64,000 nt of DNA from a virus. Position numbers and translations under genes: made by a program. Under the pieces are notes generated by a model. It was not told the DNA's origin and did no database searches. It saw nothing but the letters and a program-made list of their open reading frames with translations. The DNA is taken from positions 1 through 64,000 of IMG/VR virus record IMGVR_UViG_3300022554_000002; one strand, 5' to 3'. The number at the start of each line of letters is the position of its first letter. Position 1 is the first letter of the stretch. Positions 57,658 through 64,000 of this stretch are shown here, in pieces.

Positions 57658-60329
57658 GTAGGTATTTTCCAACTTTCATTCTCTTTCGTAACCACCTTAC
57701 AAGAACCTAATTTATATCCAAGCTTAATCTCAAACTCCATAGGAATTGTTAGTCCAACAGGGTGTAACATGATACTTTCCATTGTATTAAACAACTGTAT
57801 GGCATGATCTTTTCTAACTTCACCAACAATTGAGTCATGTACGAATGATACATATTTTGCATCAATGTTTAATTCTTTACATTTATTACGAATTTTCAAA
57901 GCACTAAGCAGTGTATAGTCACTGGCCTGTGCTTGAATAATAAAATTCACACCTTGTCGTTCAGCTTCACCACGTTCATGTTTATTTTCAGCAATTAAAT
58001 TGGCTAAACGACGCTTACGACCAAAATATGTAATAAATGTATTATTATTAGCAAGAGCAATTTTAACCTGCTCCTGTTGCCAACGTTTTACTCCCTTATA
58101 TGTATTCCAATATACATCATAAATGTGTTTTGCATCAGCTTCTTGTATGTTATTTTCCTTAGCAAAATTGCCCCACCACTTACCATAACACAAAGAGAAG
58201 TTTGCAGTCTTACCATTCTGACGTTCTTCTTTTGTAACTGCCTTCTTAGCATTGAAATTAGGATCATTGTCCATCTGATCTACTAACTCAGGATGGTAAA
58301 TGCGTACCGCCAACATAGCATGTGGGTCTAACCCGTTCATAAATGCTTTGTACAGATTTTCATCACGGGAATATTCTGCAATTAGTCGTAATTCTGCCTG
58401 ACTATAATCAACTTCAAATAAATAATAATCATCCGGTCTGGAACATGAATATAAATCACGAACCACAACCCCAATATCCTTCAATAAAGGGGTACCACGT
58501 GTTAAATTCTGTAAATTAGGGTTAGATGAAGATAATCTACCTGTTTCTGTACCATTGGGGTGAAAACTTGAGTGCACTTTGCCATCACTATAAATATTCT
58601 TAGTAATTCCTTCAAAATATGTACTTAAAGCCTTGGCATACTTACGACGAGTTAATACTTTCTTTGGAACAGGATGTAATGCTGCTAATTTTTCCAATAC
58701 TTCTTCAGTTACAGCCGGATCATTCTTCTCTGTTCGATCTAATATTGGTAAATTGGCATATTCGTATAAATACTTACTCAACTGAATGTTAGAAGTGAAT
58801 TTAACTGGTGCAGGTACATCTCCATCCTTTGGAATCATGGTATACTGTTCTAAATCTTTATCAATATCAACAATTGCCTGCTTTAATCTTGTTATACATT
58901 CTTGTCGATATTTTTCATCAATATAAAAACCTGTTTCCTCAACATCTAACAACATCCAACTAACAGGCATAAGGAAATTGACCAATAAATTATGCATATT
59001 CTCTTTTATAACTTCTGGCATCAACTTCAAGTAAACCTGTAGAGTAGCATCGGCGTCTGTACCAGCATACTTCACCAAAACATCTGGCGGAATAATGGCA
59101 AATGAATCAGATTTCTTCTCAGTTTTCTTTAAACCACAACTTGGTAAGGAATCTTCATAATTACCATATTCAGTGTACCGTTTAGCCAAATCCTTCAAAC
59201 CATGAATACCAACTCGTTCATCTAAACAGTAACTAGCCATCATAGTATCAATTACTGAACCACGATCAAACTCAAATCCAGCTTTGTGTAATAATTTAAC
59301 ATCGAACTTGAAATTATGAAAAATCTTTATCTGGCTTGATGATTTGAACAATTTGGCTAATCGTTCTTTTACATCTGTACCAACCCACTTATAAGTTGGC
59401 ATATTCAAACGATTCTCACTAACGAATGCCTTTATATCATCAGCATATGCTTTTCGTTTTGTCTGTAAATAATTCCTACAAAATTCATAATAAGCATCAT
59501 CACCGACACACCAAGGCAAAACATATGAATAATTGGGCTTACAACTAAAGGCAATCATGATAATAAAATCGTCAATGAAATCCAACCCAGATGTTTCAAT
59601 ATCTATTGACAACCTTGTGCTTTGCTCAAACTCCTTCATCATAGCGTCAAACTTCTCATAAGTATCAACGTAAGTTACATTACTATAAGAGTTTGTAGCG
59701 TTACCACTAAGAACAGACTTGATAACTTTCAATGCATAAACTGTCTTTTCAGTATTACGAATATCTCTAAGAACATATGAAGGATGGAAACATGGTATAA
59801 TCTTTACGTTGGGATAATCAGGAGACTCCATAACAGTGCCGTTAAGTTTAGTAATACCACTTTTCTTACCAGTAATACGTTTTAATGCTGTGGCACCCAA
59901 CGGAACTATAATCTTTGGGTTAGCATCCTTAATGGCTCTTTCTACAATATGGAAACAGGCTTTTTCTTCATCACTTGTTGCTTCTCTATTGTTTGGAGGA
60001 CGACACTGAACCACATTAGCTATGGAACAAACATTTCGATCAATACCTGCCATTTGTAATAATTCATCGAACTTCTGACCTGTTCTACCAATTAAAGGCT
60101 CAGTTCCAAACTGATCCTCTGTTTCTTCAGGAGCATCTGAAATAAACAATATGTCACAATTTGGAATAATCTTTGGTGGAACCACATGACAACGATTAAC
60201 TGCAAGAGGACAACGAGTACAACCACGAAGATCAAAAGTCAACCAATCAATATCATCAACTGGTCGATCATCTTTCTTTTTCTTCTTCGTTTTAGGTGCT
60301 AAATCTGGTAAATCCATATTACTCGTCAT
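57654..60329 (-). CDS. family A DNA polymerase with N-terminal family-4 uracil-DNA glycosylase-like domain
   Basis: UDG: CTRC..NVVQCRPPNNR..C..HPSYVLR; exo: DIETSG, HNFKFD, YAGTD; pol: TGRLSSSNPNLQN, DYSQAELR, K..NF..YG, VHDS. Confidence 0.92.
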   Translation of the reverse strand: MTSNMDLPDLAPKTKKKKKDDRPVDDIDWLTFDLRGCTRCPLAVNRCHVVPPKIIPNCDILFISDAPEETEDQFGTEPLIGRTGQKFDELLQMAGIDRNVCSIANVVQCRPPNNREATSDEEKACFHIVERAIKDANPKIIVPLGATALKRITGKKSGITKLNGTVMESPDYPNVKIIPCFHPSYVLRDIRNTEKTVYALKVIKSVLSGNATNSYSNVTYVDTYEKFDAMMKEFEQSTRLSIDIETSGLDFIDDFIIMIAFSCKPNYSYVLPWCVGDDAYYEFCRNYLQTKRKAYADDIKAFVSENRLNMPTYKWVGTDVKERLAKLFKSSSQIKIFHNFKFDVKLLHKAGFEFDRGSVIDTMMASYCLDERVGIHGLKDLAKRYTEYGNYEDSLPSCGLKKTEKKSDSFAIIPPDVLVKYAGTDADATLQVYLKLMPEVIKENMHNLLVNFLMPVSWMLLDVEETGFYIDEKYRQECITRLKQAIVDIDKDLEQYTMIPKDGDVPAPVKFTSNIQLSKYLYEYANLPILDRTEKNDPAVTEEVLEKLAALHPVPKKVLTRRKYAKALSTYFEGITKNIYSDGKVHSSFHPNGTETGRLSSSNPNLQNLTRGTPLLKDIGVVVRDLYSCSRPDDYYLFEVDYSQAELRLIAEYSRDENLYKAFMNGLDPHAMLAVRIYHPELVDQMDNDPNFNAKKAVTKEERQNGKTANFSLCYGKWWGNFAKENNIQEADAKHIYDVYWNTYKGVKRWQQEQVKIALANNNTFITYFGRKRRLANLIAENKHERGEAERQGVNFIIQAQASDYTLLSALKIRNKCKELNIDAKYVSFVHDSIVGEVRKDHAIQLFNTMESIMLHPVGLTIPMEFEIKLGYKLGSCKVVTKENESWKIPT

Positions 60330-60528
60330 ATTTCTTTCGTATTGCTTCTAATGTATTAAGCATAGCCGTAGCACACTCAATTGCAATTTCACCTTCCTTA
60401 CAAATTGTTATTCCTTCCCTGTTCTTACCAAAAGATTCAAGTACAGCAGCGTAGTCCACAACAGTTTTAGTCTGTTGTAAAAATGAATGCACAGACAAAT
60501 CAAAAAGAATTTATTTCTTACTATTCAT
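60319..60528 (-). pseudogene. small gene with premature TAA at codon 6
   Basis: AAGGAG + MNSKK*ILFDLSV..RKKYDE*; 63 open codons follow the stop and end coupled to the pol start. Confidence 0.55.
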
Positions 60529-60538
60529 GTTTTTCTCC

Positions 60539-61099
60539 TTATTTCCTATTTATCCTAAGATATGTAATTCGTTCTTTCTTCAATTCAAGACCTGTGTATT
60601 TGTTCAACCTGTTAAAAATCTGATAAAACCAAACTGAGGCTTGTTGCGTAGTACATTTTGGACCAACAATCTGTCGAATCTCTTCCAGCAAAGTGTGCAT
60701 TGCCTTATTGTTACTCTTTAGCATTAATTCTGCAACCTTGTACGTCTTTGTCTCTCGTGATTGCATAGCACACTTAGCCAACTCAACATGAACGTCCAAA
60801 TCGCTAGTTTGATTATCCATTGCTGTAACCTTTAAAATACTCTCATTTAGTGCCTTATCCTTACCATATGTCAAACAATGTTTGGTAAGCTTCTGACAAT
60901 GACCCAACTTAGACAAATAACAAGCATTACACCCCTCATCCTCATTCAGATAGCTGCCAAAACATTCATTCTTAATGGAAGACATTCGTTTGATTAAAGC
61001 AAAAGAGTATAACTCATTTAAATCAGTATTTGCAATATAAGGAATACCCTGTTCCTTAATCAACTTCTCTTTTACTTCCCTGCTAATGTCTTCATGCAT
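60539..61099 (-). CDS. hypothetical protein
   Basis: Probable start MHED; CFGSY..CNAC..C. Confidence 0.6.
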   Translation of the reverse strand: MHEDISREVKEKLIKEQGIPYIANTDLNELYSFALIKRMSSIKNECFGSYLNEDEGCNACYLSKLGHCQKLTKHCLTYGKDKALNESILKVTAMDNQTSDLDVHVELAKCAMQSRETKTYKVAELMLKSNNKAMHTLLEEIRQIVGPKCTTQQASVWFYQIFNRLNKYTGLELKKERITYLRINRK

Positions 61100-61295
61100 C
61101 TGGTTTCTTGCCTTTTTTATAATCGGTACAATAGAATCCAGTACCTCTAAAGACAACTCCCAGACCACCAGTAATACATCGTTCCACGGTCTGTTTAGTA
61201 CACTTAGGACAAGTCTTTTCAGGCTTAACCCTCATAGATTGAGTCCTGTCAAACTCATGCCCACAAGAAGAACATTTATAATGATAAGTAACCAT
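61092..61295 (-). CDS. FmdB-family zinc-ribbon protein
   Basis: YHYKCSSCGHEF..CPKC..FRGTGFYCTDY. Confidence 0.85.
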   Translation of the reverse strand: MVTYHYKCSSCGHEFDRTQSMRVKPEKTCPKCTKQTVERCITGGLGVVFRGTGFYCTDYKKGKKPDA

Positions 61296-61627
61296 TACTT
61301 CTTAAAATCACCTGTGATAATCTTGCTCTGTCCCTGTTTCGCAGGAACCGAACCTTCAGGAACCAACAAACGTGGCTTGCTCAATTCCTCAATCTGCTTC
61401 TTACAAGCTTCTTTATGAGCCTCTTCGTATTTGTCCATTGCTTCCTCAACCGTTGCAGCTTCGATTAAGAAATTAATAGGAACCACTCTGCCATTAATGG
61501 CAAAAGGCCCAACACCAATATGGGCAGATTTGGTAACCTTACCCTCAAGGTCCAATAGCTCCTTAAGAACTACTGTCTTTCCGTCTTCCTCATTCACAAA
61601 CTGACGTTCTCGGACCTCTACAATCAT
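61295..61627 (-). CDS. hypothetical protein
   Basis: SD AGGAG. Confidence 0.6.
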   Translation of the reverse strand: MIVEVRERQFVNEEDGKTVVLKELLDLEGKVTKSAHIGVGPFAINGRVVPINFLIEAATVEEAMDKYEEAHKEACKKQIEELSKPRLLVPEGSVPAKQGQSKIITGDFKK

Positions 61628-61628
61628 T

Positions 61629-61838
61629 TTAATTCTCCTTGAAATCAAATGCACTATACTTACACTCATAATCAACATCATCAATTGTTACAAGCTCAAC
61701 TTCAGCATCACTATCTCGTAACATCCAAAACTCTAAGTTATCCTCACAATACTTTTCAGTTGGTTGTAAAATTGCATAACCTCTGCAATCCATACCAATA
61801 TAATTCAACTTTCTACCCCTAGTTGTAATAACGATCAT
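61629..61838 (-). CDS. hypothetical protein
   Basis: ORF coupled to primase. Confidence 0.5.
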   Translation of the reverse strand: MIVITTRGRKLNYIGMDCRGYAILQPTEKYCEDNLEFWMLRDSDAEVELVTIDDVDYECKYSAFDFKEN

Positions 61839-62831
61839 TTAAGCACCTAAACTTGGTAACTGTAAAACCTGTCCACCATACTTCACTGATGCATCCAAAT
61901 GTTTAAAAAGCTCTTCCTTCGGATATTCGTCAGGATCACCAAAAGGCAATTTGCAAATATAAGTGGGAAAAACAGAAGCAACGATATTAGCTTGCTTCTC
62001 CAGTTCCTCAATCGGCACGTCAGCATCATATAATAATATTACCTTTTCAAATCTACCCTGACTAGCCATCCATGTCACATGCTGCTTTTTAATAGTACTT
62101 CCATACGTAGCAATAGCATTCGGCCCAACATACAGAGCATCGAATACTCCTTCTGTTATTATAAGGGTTGGATAGCGTTTGGCAAGCGAAAAATTGAACG
62201 GAATTTTGGCAGAACCAACTCCATGCTCTTTTTCATCTGGATTTAGGACTTTTTTGTAAGCTTTACCAGTAATATCTCTGGCAATCCAATAAATAGGCTC
62301 CCCATTATCGTTTACGTCACAAATAATGAGTCTATTTCGGTATCTACCATGCCAACAAACCCCAATTCGATGCCTATGTACTAAATCTGGTGTCAAAGTC
62401 AGCAAAGATTTCCGATTTTTGATGTGTGGAACTGCTTTATACCCTAAAAACTCGTAACTCTCTGGTAATTCAATGGGATTTGTACTAAAATCAATCAATT
62501 TTTGGTCATTTTGCTTGAAATCTGCCAATGATTGACTAATATTATAAGGTTTTGCATCAATTTTACCTTGTAACATTAGGACAATATCGTTAAAAGGTAA
62601 TTTTGTTATGTATTTTATGGTGTCAAAGAACGTTTTTGCTTGGTGACAACGAAAACAGCTTACCATTTTTAGTGATAAGCTGACTCCGCAATGCTTTTCT
62701 TTACCACAAAAAGGGCAAACGTCAAGAATGTACTCAGTCTTACCACCAACCCACTCAGGAATGTAGCCCTGACCCTGTAAAAACTCAATCATGTCAAAGC
62801 TATCTATCAAATAATCAATGTTAATAGACAC
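61839..62831 (-). CDS. DNA primase (Zn finger + TOPRIM)
   Basis: CPFCG..CFRC, ITEGVFDA, YDAD, GDPDE. Confidence 0.85.
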   Translation of the reverse strand: MSINIDYLIDSFDMIEFLQGQGYIPEWVGGKTEYILDVCPFCGKEKHCGVSLSLKMVSCFRCHQAKTFFDTIKYITKLPFNDIVLMLQGKIDAKPYNISQSLADFKQNDQKLIDFSTNPIELPESYEFLGYKAVPHIKNRKSLLTLTPDLVHRHRIGVCWHGRYRNRLIICDVNDNGEPIYWIARDITGKAYKKVLNPDEKEHGVGSAKIPFNFSLAKRYPTLIITEGVFDALYVGPNAIATYGSTIKKQHVTWMASQGRFEKVILLYDADVPIEELEKQANIVASVFPTYICKLPFGDPDEYPKEELFKHLDASVKYGGQVLQLPSLGA

Positions 62832-62850
62832 CTACCACACCCTATTCAAA

Positions 62851-63258
62851 TTAACTAGCTCTAGTTCCAGTATACAGCTTGGGCTTCTCTTTAATATTAA
62901 ACTTTTCCTTCAACTTCTCAATAGCTTCCTGCACTTCCTCAAAATCAATTTCCTGTTCATCAAGAGAATCACCATCGGAACTAACGTCTGCAACAATGTA
63001 CCCCACTAAATCATCACCACCATCAATAACCAAGTATTTAATATTCTTAATACCAAAATCATAATTATACAAAAATTCATGCCAAGTATCCTCTACACCA
63101 TATTTTTCTAAATTCTTAATAACATAATCACTACCATGCTCTTCAATAAACTTTCGTTGCTCATCCTCAGACTCAGGCAATACCTTACTTGCCTTGAATC
63201 CAAAGACCACAAACGAACTACTAGAACTGTTACTCACGAAACCATTACGAATCTTCAT
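62851..63258 (-). CDS. MKIRxGFVSNSSS-leader family protein
   Basis: MKIRNGFVSNSSSSSF, SD AAGGAG. Confidence 0.75.
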   Translation of the reverse strand: MKIRNGFVSNSSSSSFVVFGFKASKVLPESEDEQRKFIEEHGSDYVIKNLEKYGVEDTWHEFLYNYDFGIKNIKYLVIDGGDDLVGYIVADVSSDGDSLDEQEIDFEEVQEAIEKLKEKFNIKEKPKLYTGTRAS

Positions 63259-63270
63259 AGCTATTCTCCT

Positions 63271-63579
63271 TTATCCATCATACCAAGATTCTTCATATGT
63301 TTTACAGGCAGGAACAGGTTTGTCTTTAAATACTTCCTTTAACTTCTCTTCAACACTCTTCTTAAACATGGCACCTGTTTCATCATCTTTAACAGAAGAC
63401 CATGACCGACCAATATAGGTAGCATAATCCTGTTGATGGATTTCTAAACCTTCAATATAAGCATCGCCATACTTATCCTGTGGTAAAAATGATAAGTCTG
63501 CATCTTCATCCAAATGAATACCAAAAATACAAAAACTACTGGAACTACTGTTACTGACAAAACCATTACGAATCTTCAT
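63271..63579 (-). CDS. MKIRxGFVSNSSS-leader family protein
   Basis: MKIRNGFVSNSSSSSF, SD AAGGAG. Confidence 0.75.
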   Translation of the reverse strand: MKIRNGFVSNSSSSSFCIFGIHLDEDADLSFLPQDKYGDAYIEGLEIHQQDYATYIGRSWSSVKDDETGAMFKKSVEEKLKEVFKDKPVPACKTYEESWYDG

Positions 63580-63592
63580 TTCTGTTCTCCTT

Positions 63593-64000
63593 TTAGGTAT
63601 ATGTACTATCTACGTAAACGCTATCACCACCAATTTCTTTTAAACTCTCAACAAAGTTTTTAAAAGCACACTCTAAACTAAATTTAGAAATAACTTCAGC
63701 GTCTCTCCACGCACGACAACCACACTCAGGACAATATTTAATATCTCCTTCTGGTAATTTATGGTCACAACCCCTTACTTTTGGTTGTTTTTCATTATAC
63801 TTCCACGCAACAGTATGAAAAGAGTTTTTATAACTATCTCCTGTGGTAATCATCATAAGAACTAGCTTCTCACCACAAAATGTAAATTCCTGCTCACAAG
63901 CAGAAACAGCTAGACGTTCTTCCTCAGTACAAGTAGCCTTTGCTGCTTCTAATGTTTTCTTTTTTACAATAACTACAAAGGAACTTGAGCTACTGTTACT
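63593..64000 (-). CDS. MKIRxGFVSNSSS-leader family protein, 5' truncated by window edge
   Basis: Frame from 64000 reads SNSSSSSFVVIVKKE.. continuous into ORF 63593-63856; CPECG ribbon. Confidence 0.75.
   Translation of the reverse strand, partial: SNSSSSSFVVIVKKKTLEAAKATCTEEERLAVSACEQEFTFCGEKLVLMMITTGDSYKNSFHTVAWKYNEKQPKVRGCDHKLPEGDIKYCPECGCRAWRDAEVISKFSLECAFKNFVESLKEIGGDSVYVDSTYT

Noticed and set aside
61092-61168. Long overlap of the FmdB ORF with 60539-61168
   Set aside because: The true start is likely ATG 61099, leaving an ordinary short overlap.
324-63418. Many antisense or alternate-frame ORFs in the track (e.g. 840-1406, 9688-10176, 12121-12531, 51264-51536)
   Set aside because: They are shadows of recognisable genes, lacking SD sites and motifs.
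1-64000. Genome-wide TAG recoding (code 15)
   Set aside because: TAG ends genes that are followed by promoters or terminators (265, 1205), and long genes are uninterrupted in code 11. Only local readthrough remains possible.
1-64000. CRISPR array or rRNA
   Set aside because: No regularly spaced repeat-spacer pattern or rRNA-like sequence was seen.

Overview
This is a 64-kb segment of a large, AT-rich tailed-phage genome in the standard genetic code. There is no CRISPR array or rRNA, and no capsid or tail gene is recognisable. Bases 1-26,210 are mostly short + strand accessory genes driven by consensus TTGACA/TATAAT promoters. They include an rIIB-like gene, a P-loop kinase, a Tad2/DUF2829-like protein, LAGLIDADG and HNH nucleases, a radical SAM enzyme and tRNAs. 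From 26,211 to the end the genes lie on the - strand. These are a dispersed glycan-biosynthesis set, two large putative virion proteins sharing an N-terminal leader, and a T4-like replication/recombination module (primase, UDG-fused family A DNA polymerase, SSB, RecA/UvsX, SbcCD, resolvase). The most striking observations are: (1) a 3.6-kb segment (18,069-21,700) that appears inverted, because flipping it at a TG/CA dinucleotide restores two broken genes in frame; (2) five otherwise dissimilar proteins sharing the leader MKIRxGFVSNSSSxSF (one copy truncated by the window edge), alongside a SPASM-like radical SAM enzyme; (3) about 12 glycan genes including glf, gmd, an intein-containing nucleotide-sugar dehydrogenase, glycosyltransferases and two O-methyltransferases; (4) two tRNA-like cloverleaves with intact stems but non-canonical loops; (5) several genes disrupted at their 5' ends or joined through in-frame stops. 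All family assignments come from motif recognition by eye; no database search was run.
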